64,000 bases of DNA from a virus, in the IMG/VR virus record IMGVR_UViG_3300028586_000750, one strand, 5' to 3'. The position numbers were made by a program, and so were the translations under genes. The notes under the pieces are model-generated. The model had not been told where the DNA came from. It searched no databases and worked only from the letters and a program-made list of their open reading frames with translations. Shown one piece after another: positions 9,908 to 18,794 of the stretch. Position 1 is the stretch's first letter, and every line of letters begins with the position of its first letter.

Positions 9908-10642
9908 ATGTCTAGAAATATGCACAGAGCAGGCAGTGGTAAATTCACTGGCCAATGGGTAACATGCGATGCTGGCATTCAATGCAAGCTAGGTGGAACT
10001 CACACACAAGCTTCAACATTACAAGAAGCAAAAAGATGGGTTGGAAAGAAAAAAGCATCAGACGTAACCGAAGAAGATTATGCTAATTTCCTTCGTAGTA
10101 AAGTTTCTGAGGCAGCAACCACATCTACACCCGATCAAGCAACATCAGCTAAACCAGCAAATATGTCACAAGAAGACTACATCCGTTCTCTTCGTCAAAA
10201 ACTTGCTGACAAAACAAGAACTGAACAACATACTGTTCAAGCTACTGCTGCACTTAACGAACGCAAAGCACAGCGTGCATCCCAAATAGGTACTTCTCTT
10301 GACGAACGTAGGGCGCTTCGTGCTCAACGTAGAGACGAGCTACTTATGGGAGAAACCCGTGACGAAAAAGACCAACGTTATGCACGTGAAAATAATCTTG
10401 ACGGCTTAGTTCCTTTTGAACAGAACTTCTCAATCAGGACACGTTTACGTTGGAACGCTTTCCATGAAACAGCTATGGAAATGGGTGTACATATTCCTCT
10501 TGACACTGTTAAAGAAGCTGGACGCTATTTCGCACAAGGTGGACGTAACTTTGAGTTCAAGAATGTTCCTCTTCGTTTGAAGGCAGATAAAATGGATGAG
10601 TTCCTATTTAAGACACAAAACTTCATTCAAAAGATTGATTGA
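9908..10642 (+). CDS. Hypothetical protein with N-terminal H..C....C...H putative metal-binding motif
   Basis: 244 aa; MHRAGSG...WVTCDAGIQCKLGGTH followed by a charged helical region. Confidence 0.75.
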   Translation: MSRNMHRAGSGKFTGQWVTCDAGIQCKLGGTHTQASTLQEAKRWVGKKKASDVTEEDYANFLRSKVSEAATTSTPDQATSAKPANMSQEDYIRSLRQKLADKTRTEQHTVQATAALNERKAQRASQIGTSLDERRALRAQRRDELLMGETRDEKDQRYARENNLDGLVPFEQNFSIRTRLRWNAFHETAMEMGVHIPLDTVKEAGRYFAQGGRNFEFKNVPLRLKADKMDEFLFKTQNFIQKID

Positions 10643-10782
10643 TTTACCTCATTATACAAAAAGCGACGCTTAGTACATTTACTAAGCGTCGCTTTTTGTA
10701 TAAATGCTTTGAAATCCCCGATACTCTTCTGCGTATAGCAAATAATTAGAGGCTTTACTATCTGTATAAGGAGAGAGTTACA

Positions 10783-12102
10783 ATTTTTAATTTTAAAGCA
10801 GCCACAATTGCAGGCTTAGTAGCAGCATTGAGTTTAAGTTCAGCGTTACCAGCAATAGCGGCGGTAGAGACGAGCATTAATGTCAACGGTTCAGTGTTAT
10901 CAGGAGCCACATTAAACAGTAGTGTTTTTACTGTTGATGCTTCTACCCCTGCTGATACCGAAGACGTAAGATTTTATCTAGATGGCACGTACTTGGGAAA
11001 AGACAGTAGTGCGCCTTACTCTTGGCCAGTAAATACAACAGCAGGTAATCACGAATTAAAAATTCGTGTTGATGGGAAAACTAATTCTCGCGCAGAAGCA
11101 AAGTTTGTAGTTAAAGCAGGTTCTCCTGTAACACCTACTCCACAACCTTCCACTCCACCTGTTGTAACTCCACCCCCTACAGCGCCAACCCCAGTACCTG
11201 AACCTTCACAACCTGCACCTGGTAGCGCAGTTGTAAGCGTGTCCACAGCAGCGCAATTAGACACAGCCCTAAAAAATGCTACACCAGGGTCAACTATTTC
11301 ACTTGCAGATGGTAAATATGTAGGGAAGTTCATTGCTCCAAAAGATGGAACAAAAGACCAGCCTATTAATTTAGTGGGTTCTAGCAAAGCTGTTCTAACT
11401 ACAGATAGCCTTTCAAAAGGTTACGGCTTAAACATCACTGGTGATTACTGGAATGTCAAAGGAATTAGTGTAACAAAATCAGGTAAAGGTATTATGCTTG
11501 ACGGTTCTGTGGGTTCTGTAGTGGATAACGTTGACGTTGGAAACATTGGAGACGAAGGTGTTCATTTCCGCAAAAACAGTAGTGATGGAATAATCATGAA
11601 CTCAAAAATTCATGACACAGGTCTTGACTCACCTTCTTACGGTGAAGGCGTTTACATTGGAAGCGCAAAAAGTAACTGGGCTTCAATCATGGGTTCTTCT
11701 ACAACACCTGACAGAAGCGACCGCGTTGTAGTTAAAAACAACCAAATTTTTAACACAACCACAGAAGGTGTTGATGTTAAAGAAGGAACTGTTGATGGAA
11801 CAGTAACTGGTAACGTATTCACTAACTCTGGCTTCTCTGGTGCAAATTACGGCGACTCATGGGTTGACGTTAAAGGCAACAACTACACTATTTCTAATAA
11901 CAGTGGAAATGGAACTCTGTTGGATGCTTTCCAAGTTCACCAAGCTTTAGCTGGATGGGGAAACAACAACAAGTTCAGTAATAACAGCGCCACTGGTATT
12001 AAAGGTTACTTAGTCAGTGTACAAAAAGGCGTAACTGGCACTGTTGTATCTTGTCAAGACACGACAGCTAAATTGGGTCTGTCTAACGTTTCATGCTCAT
12101 AA
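10783..12102 (+). CDS. Secreted right-handed beta-helix (pectin lyase-like) protein with N-terminal Ig-like domain and Pro/Thr linker
   Basis: Signal peptide if started at ATT 10783; V.FYLDG....D..APY Ig-like motif; PTP linker; GDEGVHFR...IHDTG...GEGVYIG...EGVDVKEGT beta-helix repeats. Confidence 0.8.
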   Translation: MFNFKAATIAGLVAALSLSSALPAIAAVETSINVNGSVLSGATLNSSVFTVDASTPADTEDVRFYLDGTYLGKDSSAPYSWPVNTTAGNHELKIRVDGKTNSRAEAKFVVKAGSPVTPTPQPSTPPVVTPPPTAPTPVPEPSQPAPGSAVVSVSTAAQLDTALKNATPGSTISLADGKYVGKFIAPKDGTKDQPINLVGSSKAVLTTDSLSKGYGLNITGDYWNVKGISVTKSGKGIMLDGSVGSVVDNVDVGNIGDEGVHFRKNSSDGIIMNSKIHDTGLDSPSYGEGVYIGSAKSNWASIMGSSTTPDRSDRVVVKNNQIFNTTTEGVDVKEGTVDGTVTGNVFTNSGFSGANYGDSWVDVKGNNYTISNNSGNGTLLDAFQVHQALAGWGNNNKFSNNSATGIKGYLVSVQKGVTGTVVSCQDTTAKLGLSNVSCS

Positions 12103-12143
12103 TCAAACAATCCAATCTACGTAAAATTAATTGAAATGTTTGG

Positions 12144-12172
12144 TTGCAAAGCTGTTTAATCTATGCTATAGT
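12144..12172 (+). promoter_or_regulatory. SigA-type promoter driving an ORF-free transcript
   Basis: TTGCAA-17-TATAGT with extended -10 TG. Confidence 0.7.
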
Positions 12173-12178
12173 AAATAT

Positions 12179-12362
12179 GTGTTCAGGAACGGGCCTGGGA
12201 GCTTATCGTAACAGACAGCAAATCCGAGGGCACGGCAGAGATAGCCGTAACACAAATCATTCTGGTGGATTTGACAGTTTAGCAATTGGAACTGTGACCT
12301 ATTTATTGAAGGGGTTCAGCACTGGTAATTCAGTGTTGGACCCCTTTAGTAATTCCCTGACT
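12179..12362 (+). ncRNA. Candidate structured ncRNA (about 185 nt)
   Basis: Own promoter, no RBS-led ORF, at least four hairpins with G-U pairs, 5'/3' closing stem, downstream terminator. Confidence 0.5.
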
Positions 12363-12424
12363 TAAAGCAATGGGAAAAGACAAGCGCCTCACCAGTTAAT
12401 TCTGGTGAGGCGCTTGTCTTTGTG

Positions 12425-12700
12425 TTACTGAGCGGCGATACGGGCAATCGTTGCAACGCTGCTGTAGACGTTACCAACTTCGCTGTAGCCACTTGCATGA
12501 CCCTCTTCAAAAGCATAACCGTAGATTGCGGCCTGAGCTTCATCAGAAAGATGAGCAACTTCATTTTCAGTGGCAAGCCAAAGCATCCACTTAGCCTCTA
12601 AAGCACCACGCTGCTCGTAGTAATCCTTACGACTAATGTTCTCTCGTGCGTAAACCTTGTCCAGTTCACGAACGCGCTGGACCAGTGTTTCGGTATCCAT
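12425..12700 (-). CDS. Hypothetical protein
   Basis: 91 aa with AGGAG RBS. Confidence 0.75.
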   Translation of the reverse strand: MDTETLVQRVRELDKVYARENISRKDYYEQRGALEAKWMLWLATENEVAHLSDEAQAAIYGYAFEEGHASGYSEVGNVYSSVATIARIAAQ

Positions 12701-12885
12701 ATTTTTTTACTCCTAATTACTGAGGCTTGTTTTGTTCCTCATGTGTTTTGATTAATAATTACATCCTGTCATAAAATTACGTTAAAGTCAACCGTTTTCC
12801 ATGTAGCTTTCGTCAGTGGTTCGTGATACGCTATCCATATCAGGAAGCAAACGGTCTTCCTCCCCCCCAATCTACGGAGAACAAA

Positions 12886-13185
12886 ATGTCGCTTGAGCCT
12901 CGTTACCAGCACCACTCGCAGAAGACGCTTGACACCATTGCTGACCTTGACCGCTTGGAGCAGGTTGCCGCTGCCGCAGGTCACGGTTACGCTAGAATTC
13001 TAGTGGAGCACAACGCAGGATGGACCGAGGTTGCCATTGCACCTGAGAACAGCCGTCCCAACTACGACCTTCGCCACATCGCTGCTTTCTCCCCTGATGT
13101 CATCCAGGCTCTTCTTTTTGAGCTTAGCGAGTCTCGCAAGAAGCTTGCTGAGCTTGGTGAGAGCATCGTCATTCCTGCTCGCTAA
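12886..13185 (+). CDS. Hypothetical protein
   Basis: GGAG RBS before ATG 12886 (MSLEPRY). Confidence 0.75.
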   Translation: MSLEPRYQHHSQKTLDTIADLDRLEQVAAAAGHGYARILVEHNAGWTEVAIAPENSRPNYDLRHIAAFSPDVIQALLFELSESRKKLAELGESIVIPAR

Positions 13186-13322
13186 TCTCACTTTAAGTGG
13201 TGCAACTTTACGTCTAGAAAAAGACGTAAAGTTGCACCACTTTTTAGTTGACGAATGACGATGGAGCATGTTAGGCTGTAATCAATTAGTTCGTAACCGC
13301 AAACATATTGTTAGGAAAACAC

Positions 13323-13559
13323 ATGTCAGACTTCGAACAGTTCCACCGTCACGGTATGCGTGAGGTCTTGAAGCGCAACATCGCCCGTCGTGAGGACATG
13401 GTGGTGTTCGCGGAAGAGCGCCTCGCCACGGCCAAGAGGCTCACCCTCGCTCCCGAGTTCCAGGCGCGAGCGGAAGAGCGCCTCGAAAACGCCAAGCAGC
13501 GCGTGGACGAGGCGAAGCAGGAACTCGCAGACTTCAAGGCCGCAGGTAAGGTGTCCTAA
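13323..13559 (+). CDS. Small coiled-coil hypothetical protein
   Basis: AGGA RBS, GC-rich host-like codons, helical A/E/R composition. Confidence 0.75.
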   Translation: MSDFEQFHRHGMREVLKRNIARREDMVVFAEERLATAKRLTLAPEFQARAEERLENAKQRVDEAKQELADFKAAGKVS

Positions 13560-13689
13560 AAAAGACATAAAGCAAAAGCCCCAGTAAATTATACTGGGGC
13601 TTTTGCTTTATGTTAAGCTATTGGGAAAAGACACCTTGCTTTTATTGCTTAAAAATGTTATGCTTAAAGTTCGTAAATAGGAGATTTAT

Positions 13690-14004
13690 ATGAGTTCAAC
13701 AGTAGGCTATGGGGTTGAAGTAGACCCCCAGAAATTTGACGGTGACGACCAATATCAGTTAGAGCTAGAGCAGCCTAACTTACAGGTTGTCGTTTCACGC
13801 GCAGAATATGGCGACGAAGAGCGAGTGTTCGTTATGGAGAAGAGCACTGTTCAGGAAGCCGGTAAAAGTTCTGGCACTGCAACACGTTTAGTATTTAGGC
13901 TCCCTGGTGGCACTGATAACCTTGATGTGTTTGTTTCTGCACATAAAGACGCAATTATTGACCAGCCCAACTGGTTCCTCGTAGACTATTACGTATACAG
14001 CTAA
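13690..14004 (+). CDS. Hypothetical protein
   Basis: AGGAG RBS; 104 aa. Confidence 0.75.
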   Translation: MSSTVGYGVEVDPQKFDGDDQYQLELEQPNLQVVVSRAEYGDEERVFVMEKSTVQEAGKSSGTATRLVFRLPGGTDNLDVFVSAHKDAIIDQPNWFLVDYYVYS

Positions 14005-14016
14005 GGCTTAAAAACT

Positions 14017-14196
14017 ATGCCTATTGAAAGACCAGTAAAAGCACCTTACCGTAGTGAAGTTCACACAGCAGCTTGGGAAGCCTGGGATAAGCAAATTGAG
14101 AAGCTTGTTGCAGAAGGCGCTGACCGTAAACGTGTAGATACAACAATTCATCGTATGATGTTCATTGACGGTTTCATTAGCGGTTTAAACGCTTAA
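14017..14196 (+). CDS. Small hypothetical protein (59 aa)
   Basis: ATG 14017 (MPIERPVK) to TAA 14196, co-oriented with the upstream gene. Confidence 0.6.
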   Translation: MPIERPVKAPYRSEVHTAAWEAWDKQIEKLVAEGADRKRVDTTIHRMMFIDGFISGLNA

Positions 14197-14247
14197 TCTA
14201 TACATCAAGTGGGGTATGTACTTATAGAGTATGTGCCCCACTTTTGC

Positions 14248-14276
14248 TTGACATTTCAGTGTTTTGATGCTAATAT
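14248..14276 (+). promoter_or_regulatory. Consensus SigA promoter
   Basis: TTGACA-17-TAATAT with extended -10 TG. Confidence 0.8.
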
Positions 14277-14286
14277 TATAGTATAA

Positions 14287-14447
14287 GCACAAGGTAGAAG
14301 CTTGATGGACGGTCAACCGGAGCTTTCCGTATGGGAAGGTTAGGCGCTTGCAAAAGTAGCTCGGCTAGCGGGGGCATTACTGTTCGGAAACTGGAAACGG
14401 TTCCTTACAAGTACGTCGCGTGGGTTCGATTCCCTCCTATCTTGTGT
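14287..14447 (+). ncRNA. tRNA-like structured RNA (about 160 nt)
   Basis: CACAAGGTAG (14288-97) pairs with CTATCTTGTG (14437-46); T-arm GTGGG-TTCGATT-CCCTC; D-like hairpin TTGA/TCAA; two extra stem domains in place of an anticodon arm. Confidence 0.65.
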
Positions 14448-14479
14448 TTTAACTTTTTAACCAACTCTAAGGGAACATT

Positions 14480-14689
14480 ATGAAACTCAATTTCAAGGAA
14501 TACCTCCACGGTGACAATACTTCATATGAGTTAGCTGAATGGATTTATTCACAAGTAAAAGATAAGTTTGAAGGCACTGAGGAAGACCTTCTTGCTCTCA
14601 TTGGAAACAACCGTCCTTTCTATGAAGTAGGACTAAACTGTGAGCTTGATACAGTTACAGGCGATATTCGTATTCTTGGTCTAGCATAA
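14480..14689 (+). CDS. Hypothetical protein
   Basis: AAGGGA RBS; 69 aa. Confidence 0.75.
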   Translation: MKLNFKEYLHGDNTSYELAEWIYSQVKDKFEGTEEDLLALIGNNRPFYEVGLNCELDTVTGDIRILGLA

Positions 14690-14809
14690 TAAAAGCTTTG
14701 GCTGTACGTAAACAACTACGTACAGCCAAAGCTTTTGGGAAAAGACATATAAAAATAGGGTGTTCTACCGAAAGTTGGTAGAACACCCTATTTGTTTAAA
14801 GCTTGGAGC

Positions 14810-15019
14810 TTAGAGGCTCGTCACCATGTCGTTGCGGTGGAAGGCATCCAGAACAGCCTGGTCGTCAGCGCCAGCGATGACACGCACGAACTCGTCAGAC
14901 CAACCAGTCATCACATCCCAAATGGCGTAGTAGTCAAACCCGTTCGCAGTCTCAGCAAGCTGGAACTCAAACGCGTTCGGAACAACGAGAATGGTCTTCT
15001 TCTCAGCGACAACAGACAT
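14810..15019 (-). CDS. Hypothetical protein
   Basis: AGGAG RBS; 69 aa. Confidence 0.7.
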   Translation of the reverse strand: MSVVAEKKTILVVPNAFEFQLAETANGFDYYAIWDVMTGWSDEFVRVIAGADDQAVLDAFHRNDMVTSL

Positions 15020-15222
15020 TTTCTAACTCCTAGAACTTTGTGTGTAACCAGCAGGTGTTCCCGGTGGCTTATGACTAAACCTTATCACGCTCAAAACACA
15101 CATGCAACACCAGAAAGAACTTTTTCTAGAAAAATCTTTTTGGGCATTTACGTTGCATGTAAACCCGCATCCTGCTAGAGTACAAGTATCAAGTTATTCC
15201 CCCTTCTTCTTTGAGAGAGAAA

Positions 15223-15450
15223 ATGACTACCACTACGAAGACCACCACTCGTTACATGTACACGGTTTCTGATTGGGTAGCTGGTCAGCCTGAGCGTGAT
15301 GCTCGTGAGGCAGAGTACCAAGCAGAGAGCGCTGCGCGTGAAGCAAAGTACCAAGCAGAGCGCGTTGCGCGTGAAGCAAAGTACCAAGCAGAGCGCGCTG
15401 CTCGTAAGGCAAGGTACCAAGCAGAGCGCTCTGCACGTCTTGCAGAATAG
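15223..15450 (+). CDS. Small protein with 4 tandem 11-aa repeats (xAREAKYQAER)
   Basis: 33-nt unit x4 at about 15298-15429. Confidence 0.75.
   Translation: MTTTTKTTTRYMYTVSDWVAGQPERDAREAEYQAESAAREAKYQAERVAREAKYQAERAARKARYQAERSARLAE
15298..15429 (+). repeat. In-frame 33-bp tandem repeat x4
   Basis: GC(T/G)CGTGAAGCAAAGTACCAAGCAGAGCGC-like units. Confidence 0.9.
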
Positions 15451-15669
15451 AATAATGCCCTCGCCCTTGCTTTCACCGAAAAGATTGCTCTTAATCAGGC
15501 GGACATTTTCTCAGCTATTTACGCACCGTGGGGTAAAAGCTTATTACCGCGTAAGCAAAAGCAACTGCATGGGAAAAGACATATTTTTCTCATGCAGTTG
15601 CTTTTTTGTTCAATCATCGTTACGATAGGTAACACCGCAACATTCCCCCTTCAAACAAAGGCAAAACTC

Positions 15670-16038
15670 ATGGACGTTCAGTACAGCAGCGCAGACACCT
15701 ACCCTGTCACCAAGAGCATCACCGTTGGCGATATCACTATTGAGGCGGGTGCTGGTACAGACGCTTTCAACCGCATTAGCGACTTCCTGCACGTTACCCT
15801 TGGGTACAATGAAGATGGCGAGTTCAACGAAAGCTCGGACCCGTTCATCAATGATGTGAAGGCGCTTTATAGGCGTTACAGCATTGCTCACTCTACGGTG
15901 GAGGCTATCGCTTCGGGTGCTTTCACTTCCACGGATGAGAACCCCCAGTATGCTGGCGGCGTTGTTACCCCTTCGCACCGTATTTTCACGCCTCAGGAAG
16001 CAGCTAAGAACGGTCTTAGGGATATCGCAAAGCACTGA
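15670..16038 (+). CDS. Hypothetical protein
   Basis: AAAGG RBS before MDVQYSSA. Confidence 0.7.
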   Translation: MDVQYSSADTYPVTKSITVGDITIEAGAGTDAFNRISDFLHVTLGYNEDGEFNESSDPFINDVKALYRRYSIAHSTVEAIASGAFTSTDENPQYAGGVVTPSHRIFTPQEAAKNGLRDIAKH

Positions 16039-16139
16039 CTTTTACCACGTAGTTACAGGCAGGAATAGTTGATTTCTCTGCAACTACGTGGTAAAATTGT
16101 ATACACAACAATACTTATTTTATGCAGAAAAGGCCACAA

Positions 16140-16679
16140 ATGAAAGCTCCTACATTTACGACGTTTGATAAGCAAATTAGTCAGGTTCAGGAAGAACTTC
16201 ACGACGCAAGACGTGAAGCTAATAGTCGTCAAGCTATCGTAAAGATGCTTGTTATGGATGCTAAAAAGTTCACCAAAGCCAACCCCGACAACCTTGTAGC
16301 ACTTCTTGAAGCTAATGCTACAGCGCAGCAGCTAGCTCGGAATAATGCTAAAGAAGCTGGTGATGCAGTAAAAGCGTTGAAGGGTAAAGAAGGTGCCCTG
16401 TGGGAAGCTCGCAATAAAGCTAATCGCGCTATGTGGGAAGCTGAAGAGCAGCGTGATAGGGACGCTAAGCTAAAAAGTATTACTGATGCGTTTTCACCTT
16501 TGTGGACTAGCGCAGTAAACGATGGAAGACCTATCCTTATTGCTACCGACGACAGCGAAGGTCTTGGTATTTGGGTTGAGGACGATGAAAGCGATGACGG
16601 TTTTGGGCTTGTTTTGTCTACCCAGGAAGAGGAAGAGCTTCGCGCTCTACTTAATGCACGTCACAACCGAACGCAATAA
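16140..16679 (+). CDS. Coiled-coil hypothetical protein
   Basis: AAAGG RBS; helical N-terminal half, acidic tail. Confidence 0.75.
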   Translation: MKAPTFTTFDKQISQVQEELHDARREANSRQAIVKMLVMDAKKFTKANPDNLVALLEANATAQQLARNNAKEAGDAVKALKGKEGALWEARNKANRAMWEAEEQRDRDAKLKSITDAFSPLWTSAVNDGRPILIATDDSEGLGIWVEDDESDDGFGLVLSTQEEEELRALLNARHNRTQ

Positions 16680-16837
16680 AAGACAAAGTTTTTTAATATA
16701 ATTTATCAACCAAAAAGCAAGCGGTCCCAGTAACTTACTTACTGGGACCGCTTGCTTTTTAGCGTGTGTAAGGGTATACTTATAATAAGAGAAAAGCCCT
16801 GGTGAAAGGGCAAATAAGACAGCTTTGGAGAATAAAA

Positions 16838-17035
16838 ATGGCTAAGAACGTTATCGACCTGAACAACAGCGAGTACGCAGTTATTGACCTTGACAGTGGA
16901 ACGGTTCTTGGAACCAATGTCATGCTTGTTCGTGTGCCTCAGGACGAAGCTGAGTGGGAAGAGATTATCTCCAACGACAGCGTTGCATTTGACTATGCTC
17001 AGAAAAACGGTATTGCACTTACCGCTGAGGTCTAA
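16838..17035 (+). CDS. Hypothetical protein
   Basis: GGAG RBS; MAKNVIDL. Confidence 0.75.
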   Translation: MAKNVIDLNNSEYAVIDLDSGTVLGTNVMLVRVPQDEAEWEEIISNDSVAFDYAQKNGIALTAEV

Positions 17036-17179
17036 ACACTAAAACTTTGGGAGCACAGATACGATTATCTGTGCTCCCAAAGTTTTCTCTATATCAACAA
17101 GGTAATGGGAAAAGACACCTTAGTTATTGATTTGATTGAGGTTTCAGACATCAAGTTCTACAACCGTGAAAATAGGTTG

Positions 17180-17208
17180 TTGCTTTTTCGCTAGAAAACA
17201 GTTATAGT
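17180..17208 (+). promoter_or_regulatory. SigA-type promoter, leaderless start of 17215 gene
   Basis: TTGCTT-17-TATAGT, then 6 nt, then ATG. Confidence 0.75.
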
Positions 17209-17214
17209 AGACCT

Positions 17215-18021
17215 ATGACTACTTCAACTACCGTGGGTATCGCTGGCGACTGGCACAGCGCAGAAAGCTGGGCTATCCTTTGCCTTGACCAGTTCGCTGC
17301 TGCCGGTATCAAGCGTGTGCTTCACGTTGGAGACTTCGGTTTCTGGCCTACCCCGCTTGGAGTGCAGTTCATCAAGAGCATGCAGAGCAAGCTTGCTGAC
17401 AACGACCAGACGCTTTACGTGACCCTTGGCAACCACGAGGATTACGTTCACATCAGCACGTTCGTTGCTCACCCTGACATGCCTGGTTTCGTCTACAGCC
17501 CTGAGTTCCCCAACATCCTTGTTGCTGAGCGCGGCGCTCGCTGGAACTGGGACGGTGTTAGCTTTGTTTCCCTTGGTGGAGCGGCAAGCATTGACTTTGA
17601 GGGGCGCACTCAGGGCATCAACTGGTGGACCGAAGAGCGCATTACTCTCGGTGACGTGTTCCGCACCATTCAGGACGGCCATGCAGACGTTATGATTGCC
17701 CATGACGCAGCACAGGGCGTTAACCTTTTTGGTTCGCACCGTGACGACCGTGGCGCTTGGAGCCAGAAAGCGCTTGCTTACGCAGATGAGTCCCGTGCAA
17801 TGATGCGTCAGGCAGTGGACAGTGTGAAGCCTGACCTTTTCTTCCACGGTCACTACCACCACTACCTTGATACTCAGGTTCACCTTCACGACGGGGTAGA
17901 GGGTTACACGTACCGTAACGTTAGCCTCAACAAGGACGGTAGCAAGAACAACCTTGCAGTGCTTACGCTTCCCACAATGGACGTAAGTATCCTTCCCGTT
18001 CCTGGTGAGACTGAGTTCTAA
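17215..18021 (+). CDS. Calcineurin-like metallophosphoesterase
   Basis: GDWH, HVGDFG, LGNHED, MIAHD, FHGHYH motifs. Confidence 0.9.
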   Translation: MTTSTTVGIAGDWHSAESWAILCLDQFAAAGIKRVLHVGDFGFWPTPLGVQFIKSMQSKLADNDQTLYVTLGNHEDYVHISTFVAHPDMPGFVYSPEFPNILVAERGARWNWDGVSFVSLGGAASIDFEGRTQGINWWTEERITLGDVFRTIQDGHADVMIAHDAAQGVNLFGSHRDDRGAWSQKALAYADESRAMMRQAVDSVKPDLFFHGHYHHYLDTQVHLHDGVEGYTYRNVSLNKDGSKNNLAVLTLPTMDVSILPVPGETEF

Positions 18022-18072
18022 AAAGTTTGCCATGTCCTTGCCTTAACCCCTAAAAGCGTGTAAGGTAAAGAC

Positions 18073-18600
18073 ATGACTACTTCAACTGCTACTCAGACAC
18101 TCCGTAACAGCGATGCTGTGAACATTGCTGCTGGCCTGGTGAACGCTTTCATGGGAAATGAGGATGGAGCGTATGCATCATTCCCCGTGGACACGGTTAA
18201 GATTGCTAACGCTTACGGGGTAGAGGTTACAACGGTTACCTTCCCTGACAAGGCTACCGTTTCTGTGCTGGTCAAGGACAATGCAGACACCAACCCTAAA
18301 ATGATGTTTGCTAAGCGTCTGAGGAACCGTAAGGAAATCCGTTACATGACTGCTCTCAACTTGGGTCATGCGATTGAGAACCAGGACAAGGACAGGTACG
18401 GTTTCTACTCCACCAAGTTCGGTCTGTCTGGTGTGGAGCGTAGTGGTTTCGCTGCTACTTTCGCAACAAACCTTCTCATGCCTGCTGACGTAATGCGTAT
18501 CATGTACGCATCTGGTGCTAGCATCCGCAAGATTGCACGCACTTTCGGTGTGAGTAAGACGCAGGTGTTCATTCGCCTTGCTCAGCTTGGCCTTGCATAG
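18073..18600 (+). CDS. ImmA/IrrE (Peptidase_M78)-like protein with degenerate active site and C-terminal HTH
   Basis: PVD..KIA...GV.V...; R..TALNLGH in place of RFTIAHELGH; E....FA..LLMP; IARTFGVS..V..RL..LGL. Confidence 0.75.
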   Translation: MTTSTATQTLRNSDAVNIAAGLVNAFMGNEDGAYASFPVDTVKIANAYGVEVTTVTFPDKATVSVLVKDNADTNPKMMFAKRLRNRKEIRYMTALNLGHAIENQDKDRYGFYSTKFGLSGVERSGFAATFATNLLMPADVMRIMYASGASIRKIARTFGVSKTQVFIRLAQLGLA

Positions 18601-18794
18601 GCGCTGGGAAAAGACACTGAGTAACCCCCTTGGCTAGATAATCTAGTCAAGGGGGTTACTTCTGTTACAGGGAAAACCAAAAAAGTTTTAAACTCAGCTT
18701 GCATCCACCAAAACCTTCTGATAGAGTTTACTTATACGCACAAACCGTGCACAACACTTTCGCCCTACTTTTAATAGGATAAGGAATTAGAACC

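Noticed and set aside
14287-14447. Canonical tRNA gene
   Set aside because: There is no proper anticodon stem-loop: the TTGCAAA at about 14348 lacks a 5-bp stem, and about 100 extra nt intervene.
17224-18033. 269-aa antisense ORF (and similar shadows, e.g. 8311-8889, 5312-5794, 2124-2615, 30942-31391)
   Set aside because: These are mirror frames of well-supported genes, with no RBS or recognisable motifs.
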